DNA of 64,000 bases from Eledone cirrhosa (GCA_964016885.1 CAXHJY010001252.1:6574-70573), one strand, 5' to 3'. Counted from the first letter of the stretch, positions 1 to 14,448 are shown. Made by a program: numbers and translations. The notes: generated from the letters alone by a model not told the origin.

Positions 1-160
1 TGACCGTCGGTCAGTCAATGGCAACATTGAGGACCGAGTAAGTTAGATTACCGATATAAAAGACACAGAAGCGAGAAGCGAAAACCAACCAAACAGTGAG
101 TGTGTTCTGTTATTAATTCTGGCAATATTACACAAATATGACCCTCCCCAAGTATAACTA
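1..160. mobile_element. Fragment of short non-coding repeat family A (Penelope pLTR/retrozyme-like)
   Basis: Reverse complement of 4330-4490 (tgttatacttggggagggtcatatt...ggttttcgcttctg); further copies at 4628-4770, 20795-20910 and 42277-42540. Confidence 0.75.
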
Positions 161-220
161 TATATATATATATAATATATAATTGATATATATATAATTG
201 ATATATATATATATATATAT

Positions 221-438
221 AGGAACGATCGACTTTCGTCAAATCAGACCCCGAGGGAACAATGTTTCCGTTGGTCTTTCCAATTGCTAATACTATCTAT
301 CGGTCGCAACTCCAGGTAGAAGGAGCACCGTGAAATAAAGTGTCTTGCTCAAGGACATAACGCATCGCCTGGTACAGGAATCGAACTCACAACCTTACGA
401 TTGCGAATCCAATTCTCTAACCACTCAGCCACACGCCT

Positions 439-441
<3 letters not shown>
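221..441 (-). mobile_element. tRNA-derived SINE, family 2 (V-domain-like core, octopus OK/OR-type)
   Basis: Minus strand reads ggcgtgtggctgagtggttaga (A box)...gagttcgattcc (B box)...tgtccttgagcaagacactttatttcac; homologous to 32375-32818, 42600-42826 and 54628-54752. Confidence 0.8.
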
Positions 442-485
<44 letters not shown>

Positions 486-1378
486 AATGATATATATATA
501 TAATAGACTACACTGTAATTTATAGATAAGTAGCCTAATTTAGAAATTGGTTATAACCTCATATGATAGGGACTCACTTGAAACACCATTAATGTAATTT
601 AAGATAATAAATTTAACTATGAAAATCAGCTAGTTACCTCCCCTTATGCATTAACTCCCCTTAGTCACACACACACTTCCGGAATATACAATGTCATCGC
701 ACACAACTAAAACATCCTGATCTATTAATCAAAGTAAGAAACGACAAGATATGGTTTATAACTTGACTCTCCAGACACCCAATGCTGAATCATCGTGGAT
801 TGTGTGATAGACCTGTAGTCTATATATTGCGTTTCATGGATTGTGTGAGTGGTGATGTGTGCGAAGACAGTGGTGCTGTTTTGCCTATTTTATAATATGT
901 TTTGTGATATGTTTGATATTTTTGATATTTTGGTGTTTCTCTACATTCGGGATTGTATATCATACAGGTGTATGCAAAAAAATGATTTAACAATACGGCC
1001 CACATGATAATATTGATTGCCTGCTTTAACTGCCTGATTCTACAAGTAACAATCTGCCGCACTCTAATCCTGTATAAATAAGACACGCGTGCATGCTACA
1101 CGTGAGATTGTTTCATACACTGACTACTCTAAACTTTCCTCTTGCTTTATCTTCATAAACTGCCAATGTTTTATTTTTATTTTTATTTTTATTTTTATTT
1201 TTATTTTTATTTTTATTTTTATTTTTATTTTCATTTTAATCCTTTAACCTTTATATGTAAATTGCCATGCTATATCATTATGATGGATGTCAACCCACTG
1301 TGGGTCAATATAGGCATATGTTTTTATATGTCTCTTGTGTTGAAAAGGAGGTCAAGTATGTTATAGATCACTAAATAG

Positions 1379-1427
1379 TTGCTCCGAAGAATCCAAACCT
1401 CGGTTTGGAGGAAACAATTGTAAGCAA
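1379..1427 (+). ncRNA. Minimal type-I hammerhead ribozyme motif (CCGAAGA core variant)
   Basis: ttgct-CCGAAGA-a-tccaaacc/tc/ggtttgga-g-GAAAC-aatt-GTA-agcaa: stem I, 8-bp stem II, palindromic stem III, GUA triplet. Confidence 0.75.
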
Positions 1428-1460
1428 ATAAATGATTTAAACTGAACTTTGATTATTGTA

Positions 1461-1461
<1 letters not shown>

Positions 1462-1505
<44 letters not shown>

Positions 1506-1663
1506 ATATATAATTGATATATATATATATATAATATATATAATAGATAATTGATATATATATATATATATATATAATATATAATTGATATATATATATA
1601 TATATATATATCAATTATATATTATATATATATATATATCAATTATATATTATATATATCAAT

Positions 1664-1703
<40 letters not shown>

Positions 1704-1730
1704 GATTGATATATATAATATATAATTGAT

Positions 1731-1790
<60 letters not shown>

Positions 1791-1940
1791 ATTGATATAT
1801 ATATATATATATAATATATAATTGATTGATATATATATATATATATAATATATAATGGATATATATATATATAATATATAATTGATATATATATATATAT
1901 ATAATATATAATTGATATATATATATATATAATATATAAT

Positions 1941-1984
<44 letters not shown>

Positions 1985-1995
1985 TAATTGATATT

Positions 1996-2026
<31 letters not shown>

Positions 2027-2028
2027 AT

Positions 2029-2072
<44 letters not shown>

Positions 2073-2276
2073 TAATTGATATTTATATATATATATATAT
2101 ATATAATATATATAATTGATATTTATATATATATATATATATATAATATATAATTGATATATATATATATATATATATAATATATAATTGATATATATAT
2201 ATATATATATAAATATATATATCAATTATATATTATATATATATATATATATCAATTATATATTATATATATCAAT

Positions 2277-2316
<40 letters not shown>

Positions 2317-2349
2317 GATTGATATATATAATATATAATTGATTGATAT

Positions 2350-2386
<37 letters not shown>

Positions 2387-2425
2387 ATATATAATTGATA
2401 TATATATATAATATATAATTGATTG

Positions 2426-2457
<32 letters not shown>

Positions 2458-2549
2458 ATGGATATATATATATATAATATATAATTGATATATATATATA
2501 TATATATATAATATATAATTGATATATATATATATATATAATATATAAT

Positions 2550-2595
<46 letters not shown>

Positions 2596-2601
2596 TAATT
2601 G

Positions 2602-2633
<32 letters not shown>

Positions 2634-3453
2634 ATTGATATATATATATATATATATAATATATAATTGATTGATATATATATATATATATATATAATAT
2701 ATAAAGATATATATATATAATTGATATATATATATAATATATAAAGATATATAATATATAATTGATATATATAATATATATATATATAATATATAATTGA
2801 TATATATAATATATATATATATAATATATAATTGATATATATAATATATATATATATATAATATATAATTGATATATATAATATATATATATATATAATA
2901 TATAATTGATATATATAATATATATATATATATAATATATAATTGATATATATAATATATATATATATAATATATAATTGATATATATAATATATATATA
3001 TATATAATATATAATTGATATATATAATATATATATTTATATAATATATAATTGATATATATAATATATATAATATATAATTGATATATATAATATATAT
3101 ATATATATAATATATAATTGATATATATAATATATATATATATAATATATAATTGATATATATAATATATATATATATAATATGTAATTGATATATATAT
3201 ATATATAATATATAATTGATATATATAATATATAATTGATATATATAATATATATATATAATATATAATTGATATATATAATATATATATATAATATATA
3301 ATTGATATATATATATATATATATATAATATATAATTGATATATATAATATATATATATAATATATAATTGATTGATATATATATATAATATATAATTGA
3401 TATATATATATAATATATAATCGATATATATATATATATATATAATATATAAT

Positions 3454-3501
<48 letters not shown>

Positions 3502-3503
3502 AT

Positions 3504-3565
<62 letters not shown>

Positions 3566-3567
3566 AT

Positions 3568-3629
<62 letters not shown>

Positions 3630-3631
3630 AT

Positions 3632-3675
<44 letters not shown>

Positions 3676-3736
3676 ATGGATATATATATATATAATATAT
3701 AATGGATATATATATATATATATATAATGGATATAT

Positions 3737-3768
<32 letters not shown>

Positions 3769-3865
3769 ATATATAATGGATATATATATATATATATATA
3801 ATATATAATGGATATATATATATATATATTCTATATAATATATAATTGATATATATATATATATA
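1462..3865. repeat. Compound (TA)n array punctuated by a taatatataattga motif
   Basis: About 2.4 kb of TA repeats with a recurring interruption; two short stretches (~1610-1670, ~2220-2285) carry the motif in reverse orientation. Confidence 0.95.
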
Positions 3866-4034
3866 AGGAATTTATATCTAGTAACATTTATATACACACA
3901 GATGCATATCAATGCTAGCAAATATATATGTTTTGTCTTATTAACAATGTGGTTCAATGCATGGGGTTGCAGAACAATAATATGAGAGACGTAAAATTAG
4001 AAAATTATAAAATTAACTTACTTACTAAAAAATC

Positions 4035-4117
4035 ACTTCCAACTAATTAGTTTCTGGAATGGAGTAAATATATTTTCCGAAGAATCATATGGAAAATCAT
4101 TCCGTCATCAGGAAAGT
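4035..4117 (-). ncRNA. Minimal hammerhead ribozyme motif within a 3866-4208 pLTR-like fragment
   Basis: Minus strand: actttc-CTGATGA-cggaatg...cattcca-GAAAC-taatta-GTT-ggaagt. Confidence 0.75.
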
Positions 4118-4201
4118 CTTTTTCTGTATAGGTCTCCAGGCATAGCGAGGACACTGGAAACTTATTAAAAAAATAATAATTCAGTGGAATGGAAATAGCG
4201 C

Positions 4202-4268
<67 letters not shown>

Positions 4269-4329
4269 TATTTATATATATGTATATATGTATAGGTTTT
4301 TTATATGAAATCGTGTGTCGAAACAAATA

Positions 4330-4770
4330 TTGTTATACTTGGGGAGGGTCATATTGTTATAATAATATTGCCAGAAATAATAACAGAATTCACTTACTGT
4401 TTGGTTGGTTTTCGCTTCTGTATCTTTTATATCTCCACAGTTAATTTATTTGGTCCTCAATGTTTATCATTGACTGACCAACGGTCAAAAATACAGATAT
4501 AATATAGATATAAACCCATATATATAGTATAACAAAGTTCTTTCGTTGCACATCTGCAACATCATCAGTGGTACTATTATGTTACTCCTGTTGTATTGTA
4601 TGTCTACGCCATTTTTATTTTATCTATTTATAAACATTGAGGACCAAATGAATTAACTGTGGAGATATAAAAGATACAGAAGCGAAAACCAACCAAACAG
4701 TAAGTGAATTCTGTTATTATTTCTGGCAATATTATTACAACAATATGACCCTCCCCAAGTATAACAATAT
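4330..4770. mobile_element. Family A element with terminal inverted duplication and hammerhead motif
   Basis: 4330-4465 is repeated inverted at 4628-4770; minus-strand CTGATGA-tgttgc..gcaac-GAAAGAACTT at 4524-4577; flanked by (TA)n. Confidence 0.75.
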
Positions 4771-4786
4771 ATATATATATATATAT

Positions 4787-5063
4787 AATGTATAATAAAC
4801 AATACAATATAATTACCTCATTACCAGAGGTTTCCCGAATAAGACGAATACGAAAAACGTCCTCATTCGAGCGTCGGACAAGGCAACACAAGGAATTGCC
4901 TTGTCCGACGAACGAATGAGGACGTTTTTCGTATTCGTCTTATTCGGGAAACCTCTGGTAATGAGGTAATTATATTGTATTGTTTATTATACATTAAATT
5001 TTGCTCTGGTACTTACATAGAGCACTCTTCAATCCTATGACTTTTTCAATTTTCAACGGAAAC

Positions 5064-5065
<2 letters not shown>
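4787..5065 (+). mobile_element. Fold-back pLTR-like element with hammerhead motif (4895-4970, CCGACGA core)
   Basis: ~100-bp inverted arms 4787-4886 and 4896-4995; attgccttgt-CCGACGA...GAAAC-ctctg-GTA-atgaggtaat with a 10-bp stem I including G-U pairs. Confidence 0.75.
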
Positions 5066-5113
<48 letters not shown>

Positions 5114-5120
5114 ATATATA

Positions 5121-5193
5121 AATGGAAAAGAATGAAACAAAATTTAATTTCTCACTCTTAGTACGGCTGATACTTAAATGTAAGTTTGTATAC

Positions 5194-5230
<37 letters not shown>

Positions 5231-5350
5231 CGTACAGTAGCATGTATATATATGCATACATACACACATATATATATATGTATGTATGGGTTTACCGAAC
5301 ATTTATTATAATAAATGTTCGGTATAATAAATGTTCGGTAAACTCGTACG
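5121..5350. mobile_element. Partial copy of retrozyme-like family R
   Basis: aatggaaaagaatgaaacaaaatttaatttctcactcttagtacggctgatac...ccgaacatttattata matches 17835-18040 and 18284-18460. Confidence 0.8.
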
Positions 5351-5388
5351 TACATATATATATGTGTGCATGTATGTATATATGTACA

Positions 5389-5863
5389 TGTCAGGTCACC
5401 AGTTGGTGCTACTGGTAACATGTATCCCAGTACAACCTGTCTCATGGTCGGGTCGTTGGCGACTAAACTGGCAATCCCACCAAGGTTTCTTGGTGAGGAG
5501 GGTGACTTTGGACATCCTGCAGGACTAAAAACAAAACCTTTCAAAGGGCAAAGGAGCTCTTAAGAGTCAATGGTCATCCAAAATCACCGGGAGAGATGAT
5601 CCCTTAGCCTTTGTCAAGGCAGAATTCTAGGAGAAGGAAAACTCTGATATAACACCTGCAACCCTGATGGTATCCAATGATGTTGACTTGTTCTTCTTTT
5701 TGGTAAATATCATCTTGGTTAAGAGAGTGGGACTGGCTTTGTGCAGTGCCTTTGCTCACTATAAAATCTTCACGGCACAGGCATTGCTTTATATCTGGAG
5801 ATCTCTCTGCACTTGTCGTCACATGGTACCATGGGCCCAGCACTATGTGTCAATAATTGTCAC
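5389..5863 (+). mobile_element. Bipartite non-autonomous RTE-derived element, 3'-truncated copy
   Basis: Near-identical to 60178-60653; flanked by TATG/CATA repeats. Confidence 0.8.
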
Positions 5864-6167
5864 ATACATACATACATACATACATACATACATACATACA
5901 TACATGTGTGTATGTATGTATGTACGTATACTTATATCACTGTATATCTCCTATATATAGATCACCTATTACATTCCTGGAGTACTTAACATATTTCTAC
6001 AGTTCTATTAATGGTTTGTCATTTCTCAATTAGTCACCTCCTCTCTCATTTTCTCATTTTTAGCTCCTCAAAATTAATGCTGTAGCAGTTAATTACATAT
6101 AAAATTACCTACTAATTACAGGTATCAATTTGTAGCTATAATCCGGAAGTAGTTATAAATTTGTCTT

Positions 6168-6410
6168 TACGAGGGTCGATTGAAAAGTTCAAAGGCTGAC
6201 CAAGATACTCTCATGGAATGACCAAGTGAGGTTTATTTTTCAACATAGTCCCTGGAAAGAAATAAGAGGAGTTGAAATCAATACTTGCAAGATTTCACAG
6301 CTCTAGCATCACTCCTTCGTAGTCTGACCAAGCTACTCTCATGGAAGGAACAAATGAGGTTTATTTTCCAACCTGGAAAGAAACAATGTAGTTATTAAGA
6401 GAAGTTGAAA
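6168..6410 (+). mobile_element. Mariner-type terminal fragment with an internal short duplication
   Basis: Begins TA-cgagggtcgattgaaaagttc, resembling irritans-type mariner TIRs; ctgaccaag.tactctcatggaa...tgaggtttatttt occurs twice. Confidence 0.5.
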
Positions 6411-6412
6411 TT

Positions 6413-6602
6413 AATTGTTTCTACTTTTGGCACAAGGCCAGCAATTACCCAGTACATTACTGGTACTTTATTTTATCGACCCCGTAAGGATGAAAGGCAA
6501 AGTTAACCTCGGTGGGATTTAAACTCAGACCAGAAAGGGCCGTAACACTTTGCTGCAAAGCATGGTGTCTGACCCTCTACCGATACCACCAATCCACCGC
6601 CC
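6413..6602 (-). mobile_element. tRNA-derived SINE, family 1 (Meta-domain-like core)
   Basis: A/B-box head plus gcctttcatccttacggggtcgataaaataaagtaccagt core; about 12 copies or fragments in the window. Confidence 0.85.
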
Positions 6603-6970
6603 TTCAAATTAATACTTGTCAGTCTATGAACTTTTCAGCCCTCCTCCTCTCGTTTAGATTCAGATTGATATTTTTGTTTCTTTCGTCGCATCCGCTGGTA
6701 CAGACATGTCCTCACTTTCCACCAGATCATTCTACCAGAGCCTTAATCTCATTCGACGCAGGTTGGAAGAGGTCCTGTCGAGCCCCCCCCCTTGTATATT
6801 ATCAGGGATGATCTCCGGGGGGGGGGGGGGGGGGGGCTCGACATCACCTTGGAGGTTGCTTACATGTATGTGTGTGTCTGTGTGGGTTGCGTGTGTGAGA
6901 GAGGCCTTATACCTGAGTTTTAGGGACATATAATCAACGGGTATCACCAAATCTCTGCACACTTTTTATT

Positions 6971-8343
6971 AATATTGCCCTCGCCGTTCCACGGATCAAA
7001 TATTGCCCTCACCACCCCACGGATCAAATATTGCCTCACCACCCCACGGATCAAATATTGCCCTCACCACCCCACGGATCAAATATTGCCTCACGACCTC
7101 ACGGATCAAATATTGCCTCACCACCCCACGGATCAAATATTGCCCTCACCAACTCACGGATCAAATATTGCCCTCGCCGTCCCACGGATCAAATATTGCC
7201 CTCACCAACTCACGGATCAAATATTGCACTCCTCACCCACGGATCAAATATTGCCCTCACCGCCCCACGGATCAAATATTGCCTCACCACCTCACCGATC
7301 AAATATTGCCCTCACCGCCCCACGGATCAAATATTGCCTCACCACCTCGCGGATCAAATATTGCCCTCACCGCCCCTCGGATCAAATATTGCCCTCATGG
7401 ATCAAATATTGCCCTCACCGCCCCATGGATCATATATTGCCCTCACCGCCCCTCGGATCAAATATTGCCCTCATGGATCAAATATTGCCCTCACCGCCCC
7501 ATGGATCAAATATTGCCCTCCCTCCCCACGGATCTAATATTGCTTTCCCCACCTCACAGATCAAATGTTGCCCTCCCCACCTCACGGTTTAAATATTGCT
7601 CTCACCGCTCCACGGATCAAATATTTCCCTCACGAACTCACCGATCAAATATTGCCCTCCCCACCCACGGATCAAATATTGCCCTCACCGATCAAATATT
7701 GCCCTCCCCACCCACGGATCAAATATTGCCCTCACCGATCAAATATTGCCTTCCCCACCTCACAGATCAAATATTGCCCTCACCGCTCCACGGATCAAAT
7801 ATTGCTCTCACCGCTCCACGGATCAAATATTGCCCTCGCCGTCCCACGGATCAAATATTGCCCTCACCACCTCACAGATCAAATATTGCCCTCACCGCTC
7901 CACGGATCAAATATTGCTCTCACCGCTCCACGGATCAAATATTGCCCTCGCCGTCCCACGGATCAAATATTGCCCTCACCACCTCACAGATCAAATATTG
8001 CCCTCACCGCTCCACGGATCAAATATTGCTCTCACCGCTCCACGGATCAAATATTGCCCTCGCCGTCCCACGGATCAAATATTGCCCTCACCACCTCACA
8101 GATCAAATATTGCCCTCACCGCTCCACGGATCAAATATTGCTCTCACCGCTCCACGGATCAAATATTGCCCTCGCCGTCCCACGGATCAAATATTGCCCT
8201 CACCACCTCACAGATCAAATATTGCCCTCACCACCTCACAGATCAAATATTGCCCTCACCACCTCACAGATCAAATATTTCCCTCACCGCTCCTGCCCTC
8301 GCCGCTCCACGGATCAAATATTACCCTCACCGCCCACGGATCA
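6971..8343. repeat. Minisatellite, ~29-bp unit (cacggatcaaatattgccctcaccnccc) with higher-order block duplications
   Basis: Roughly 50 copies of ggatcaaatattgc; a 116-bp four-unit block repeats across ~7760-8220. Confidence 0.95.
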
Positions 8344-8548
8344 GTGGTTCTCTTATTAATACTCAGCAAGTTTAGTTTTTCTTGTAGTGGAAGTTTTTAA
8401 AATGAAACAAAACTTATCCCAAAATATTTCTCTAAGAATGCATTGCAATCGTTCAAACTGCTCGCCCTTGCAGACTATAGTGTACTAATGATCATTGCAG
8501 CTGTATATGTGTGTGTGTATGTATATATATATATGTATATATATATAT

Positions 8549-8738
8549 CAAGATGGATAGAGTAAGAAACTGGTTAGACCATAACTCATCAGAGTACTTG
8601 AGGTTGTAAAGTATGGTTATATGGAAGAGTCTGAAGCCCGACGGCGGAGCTCTTGCTGTTTCAACAGATAGTTCCAGACTACCTGGAACTGTCTGTTGAA
8701 ACGGAGGGGTGTCAGCCGTTGGGGTCCCGACCCTTTCA
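8549..8738 (-). mobile_element. Diverged copy of hairpin-plus-tail family H
   Basis: Imperfect hairpin gtttcaacagatagttccag/ctggaactgtctgttgaaac plus a tail homologous to 37535-37617. Confidence 0.7.
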
Positions 8739-8754
8739 TATATATATGTATATA

Positions 8755-8811
<57 letters not shown>

Positions 8812-8870
8812 GCATGCATATATATGTATGTATATATATATATAAATATATGTATATATATATATATAAA

Positions 8871-8922
<52 letters not shown>

Positions 8923-8946
8923 TGTATATATATGTATATATGTATA

Positions 8947-9014
<68 letters not shown>

Positions 9015-9397
9015 CATGCATATATATATATATATATGCATATATATGTATATATATATATGTGCTTGTGTGTATGTACGTAACCGAATTATGTGTATGT
9101 AAGCATGTATGTCAGTGTGTATGTCCCTATATATATATGTGTGTGTGTTTTTGTGAAAATGGGAATGACACAGTGTGAGGGAGAGAGAGAGAGGGGGGGA
9201 GTACCCGAGTGTTAACGTGAACTGTGTGGGAAGCATTCTCTAAATGGAACTGTCTGTGTGTAGGGGGGGGGGACCGTTTATGTGTGTATGGTGTGTGTTT
9301 GTGTATGGTGTGTGCGTGTATGTGTGTGAGTGTGTGTGTGAGTGTACGTGTGTGTGTGTGTGTGTGTACGTGTGTGTGTGTGTGTGTGTGAGTGTAT

Positions 9398-9446
<49 letters not shown>

Positions 9447-9499
9447 TGTGTGTGTGTGTGTGTGTGAGTGTGTATGTGTGTGAGAGTGTGTGTGAGTGT

Positions 9500-9543
<44 letters not shown>

Positions 9544-9724
9544 GTGTGTGTGTGTACGTGTGTGTGGAAGACCGTTTAAACCATTGAGCAAGATTACTGG
9601 AGACAATGTTACTGATGACGGTTAATTCTGCCCAAAACGAAGTTGGCGGGAAATGTGTTTTCATTGATGGCTGCTGGGTGAAAGGGAACCGGGTGAGTCA
9701 GCTTGGAGGAATGTCTGTATGTAG

Positions 9725-10310
9725 TGGAGAGAGGGGGATGGAGAGAGAGGGAGGGGGGAGTGAGAGACAGAGTGATGGAGAGAGAGTGAGAGATAGGAGT
9801 GAGGGAGAGATAGAGGGAGGGGTGAGAGAGAAAGGGGATGGGGGAGAGATAGAGTGATGGAGAGATGAGAGAGGGGGGAGAGAGATGAGAGAGGGGGAGG
9901 GGGGTATGAGAGACAGTGATGGAGAGAGAGTGAGAGATAGGAGTGAGGGAGAGAGAGAGAGAGAGATAGGAGAGAGGGAGGGGGGAGATGAGAGAGAAAG
10001 GGGATGTGGGAGAGGGAGAGATAGAGTGATGGAGAGAGAGGGGGGAGAGAGATGAGAGAGGGGGAGATATATGAGAGAGAGCGGAAGAGAGAGATATGAG
10101 AGAGAAGAGAGAAAGGAAAGAAGAGAGGAGAGAAAGGAAAGATATGAGAGAGGGATAAAGAGAGTGAAGGAAAGATAGGAAGAGAAAAAAGAAAAAAAAG
10201 AGCGGTAGAGAAAGATGAGAGAGAGAGGTAAGGCAGTGAAAAAGGAAAGAAAGGAGGAAGAAGGTAAGGGAGAAAGAGAAAAAGGCAAGCGAGAGAGGGG
10301 GAAGGAAGGG
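9725..10310. repeat. Polypurine GA-rich tract with internal repeats (gagacagtgatggagagagagtgagagatagg)
   Basis: Nearly pure A/G on the + strand. Confidence 0.9.
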
Positions 10311-10519
10311 TTTTGACAAGGTTAACGTTTGAAATTAAGTATAAATGCATGTGTTAGTTAACCAGCAGGAGAGGGTGGCACGCCTGGGAGGGACGGGAGA
10401 TGTGTGTCAATGGTGAGGGCGATGGGGGGGGGGGGAGCAATTATATTATGAAAGTGGGATAAAGAGGAAGTGAGATTGGAGTTACAGAATTATATACGGA
10501 AATATATATGTCTGCCTTT

Positions 10520-11765
<1,246 letters not shown>

Positions 11766-11986
11766 ATGAATGTATTTGTAGAGGGATGGGCTCCTTCAGG
11801 CTTAAAATGGCCAAGAAACGCTGTATATACGGCACCCCACCACTATAGCATGAGTTACGGGACCATACATACATGTATATAAATATTTTTTATATTTTAT
11901 ATCTAGGTATAAATTATATATATATTTATGTATATACATGTGTGTGTGTGTGTATATATATACCTATATATATATATATATATATA

Positions 11987-12215
11987 TATTTATTAAAATA
12001 ACAGATTAAAGTTTAAGCAAACAAAGAATCGCTGCTTTCACCCTTAACGGGATCTTCTGAAGATCCCGTTAAGGGTGAAAGCAGCGATTCTTTGCTTAAA
12101 CTTTAATCTGTTATTTTAATAAATATTTGCTCTACATTTCTTATATATCTGATATATATTTATCCTTATCGAGCCCTCTTTGGATTTTAGTCTTCAAATT
12201 TATTATTATTATTAC
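11987..12215 (+). mobile_element. Fold-back pLTR-like element; palindrome centred on a CTGAAGA hammerhead-like core
   Basis: Near-perfect palindrome 11987-12126 centred at ~12058; tail resembles the reverse complement of 62742-62795. Confidence 0.7.
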
Positions 12216-12299
12216 TATATATATATATATATATATATGTTTGTGTGTGTATATATATAAATATATATATATATATGTGTGTGTATGTGTATATATATA

Positions 12300-12363
<64 letters not shown>

Positions 12364-12548
12364 AGTGGTAACACAACACTTAGTTCACCATATATATATA
12401 TATATATCTTACGTTAATTATTTTTCCATTTTGACGTTATAGTCACTTATATATTATGAAATAATTATATATTATGAAATAATGGCACAAGGCCAGCAAT
12501 TACCCAGTGCATTACTGGTTGGCTTCATGCTCACAATAATTTCTATAC

Positions 12549-12579
<31 letters not shown>

Positions 12580-12595
12580 ATGTGTATATATATAT

Positions 12596-12782
12596 AATTG
12601 TTTCTACTTTAGGCACAAGGCCAGCAAATACCCAGTGCATTACTGGTACTATATTTTATCGACCCCGTAAGGGTGAAAGGCAAAGTCAACCTCGGCGGGA
12701 TTTGAACTCAGATCGTAAAGGGACGTAACTATGCTGGAAAGCATGGCGTCTGACCCTCTACCCACACTGCCAATCCACCGCC
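12596..12782 (-). mobile_element. SINE family 1
   Basis: Homologous to 6413-6602. Confidence 0.85.
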
Positions 12783-12842
12783 CTATATATATATATAATG
12801 ACGAAACATAAGTCAATTGCATGAACTCATAATCTTTTATTT

Positions 12843-12898
12843 ACTGCTATATATATTTCGATGATAGCCATTGAATGGCTATGACCTCATCAGGCAGT
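12843..12898 (-). ncRNA. Minimal type-I hammerhead ribozyme motif
   Basis: Minus strand: actgc-CTGATGA-ggtcatagccattcaatggctatcatc-GAAA-tatat-ATA-gcagt; perfect 5-bp stem I. Confidence 0.8.
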
Positions 12899-13075
12899 TA
12901 GTCAGTTCTTAGATATGCCAGCTCTGTGTTTATAGTGTTGATGGCATCAGAGCCTTGGGACATATGTAAACATATATAAACATTTTAGTACAGCATTAAC
13001 GAAGCTTTAGGCTGCGGCTAAGCTAACGAATGCAAATTCGAAATGAAGCTTTAGCACTCGATAGAGAATAATACC

Positions 13076-13122
<47 letters not shown>

Positions 13123-13344
13123 AAGATCAACATTGCTTCTCATACTTGCTGTAGCAATTAAAATAATGTTTCACCAATTTACGAAGTTGATTTAGTCGGC
13201 TACATCTCTCCCTGTATTAGAAATTATATGTTTAACCCTTTAGCATTTAAAACGGCCGTATCCAGCCAGAATTCTCTCACCCTTTTCTGTTCATACCGGC
13301 CATTGTTCTCAAAATAAATAACATCAAAACCTCATAGATTTGAT

Positions 13345-14400
13345 ATTATGTGAAATAATTATGTGAGATAATTATGTGAGGTAAAACCTTTACTGTGAAA
13401 ATACAATAGTATATATAGAGTAATGTAAATGTTATGTGAGATATTATGTGAAGTAAAGCCTTTACTGTGAAAATACAATAGTATATATAGAGTAATGTAA
13501 ATGTTATGTGAGATATTATGTGAGGTAAAGCCTTTACTGTGAAAATACAATAGTAAATATAGAGTAATGTAAATGTTATGTGAGATATGTGAGGTAAAGC
13601 CTTTACTGTGAAAATACACTAGTATATATAGAGTAATGTAAATGTTATGTGAGATATGTGAGGTAAAGCCTTTACTGTGAAAATACAATAGTATATATAG
13701 AGTAATGTAAATGTTATGTGAGATATTATGTGAAGTAAAGCCTTTACTGTGAAAATACAATAGTATATATAGAGTAATGTAAATGTTATGTGAGATATTA
13801 TGTGAGGTAAAGCCTTTACTGTGAAAATACAATAGTAAATATAGAGTAATGTAAATGTTATGTGAGATATTATGTGAAGTAAAGCCTTTACTGTGAAAAT
13901 ACAATAGTATATATAGAGTAATGTAAATGTTATGTGAGATATTATGTGAGGTAAAGCCTTTACTGTGAAAATACAATAGTATATATAGAGTAATGTAAAT
14001 GTTATGTGAGATATTATGTCAGGTAAAACCTTTACTGTGAAAATACAATAGTATATATAGAGTAATGTAAATGTTATGTGAGATATGTGAGGTAAAGCCT
14101 TTACTGTGAAAATACAATAGTATATATAGAGTAATGTAAATGTTATGTGAGATATTATGTCAGGTAAAGCCTTTACTGTGAAAATACAATAGTATATATA
14201 GAGTAATGTAAATGTTATGTGAGATATTATGTGAGGTAAAGCCTTTACTGTGAAAATACAATAGTATATATAGAGTAATGTAAATGTTATGTGAGATATT
14301 ATGTGAAGTAAAGCCTTTACTGTGAAAATACAATAGTATATATAGAGTAATGTAAATGTTATGTGAGATATTATGTGAGGTAAAGACTTTACTGTGGAAA
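13345..14400. repeat. Minisatellite, 72-bp unit with 69-bp variants, about 14 copies
   Basis: gtaaagcctttactgtgaaaatacaatagtatatatagagtaatgtaaatgttatgtgagatattatgtga(a/g). Confidence 0.95.
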
Positions 14401-14448
14401 TATATATATATATATACACCCTTTATATTACATATATTAATATGGTGT

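Noticed and set aside
5366-5960. Small ORFs recurring at 5.4 kb, 41 kb and 60 kb as a protein family
   Set aside because: They recur because the DNA repeat recurs; they overlap an RTE-like UTR on both strands
6971-8343. CRISPR-like repeat-spacer array
   Set aside because: Linkers are only about 10 nt and recur, there are no cas genes, and the context is eukaryotic; it is a minisatellite
9566-9700. Candidate exon with a gtgagt donor (+) or a cccag acceptor (-)
   Set aside because: Splice signals conflict between strands and neither peptide is recognisable
13345-14400. CRISPR array or repeat protein (205 and 266 aa ORFs)
   Set aside because: Near-identical 72/69-bp tandem units with no unique spacers; open frames follow from unit length being a multiple of 3
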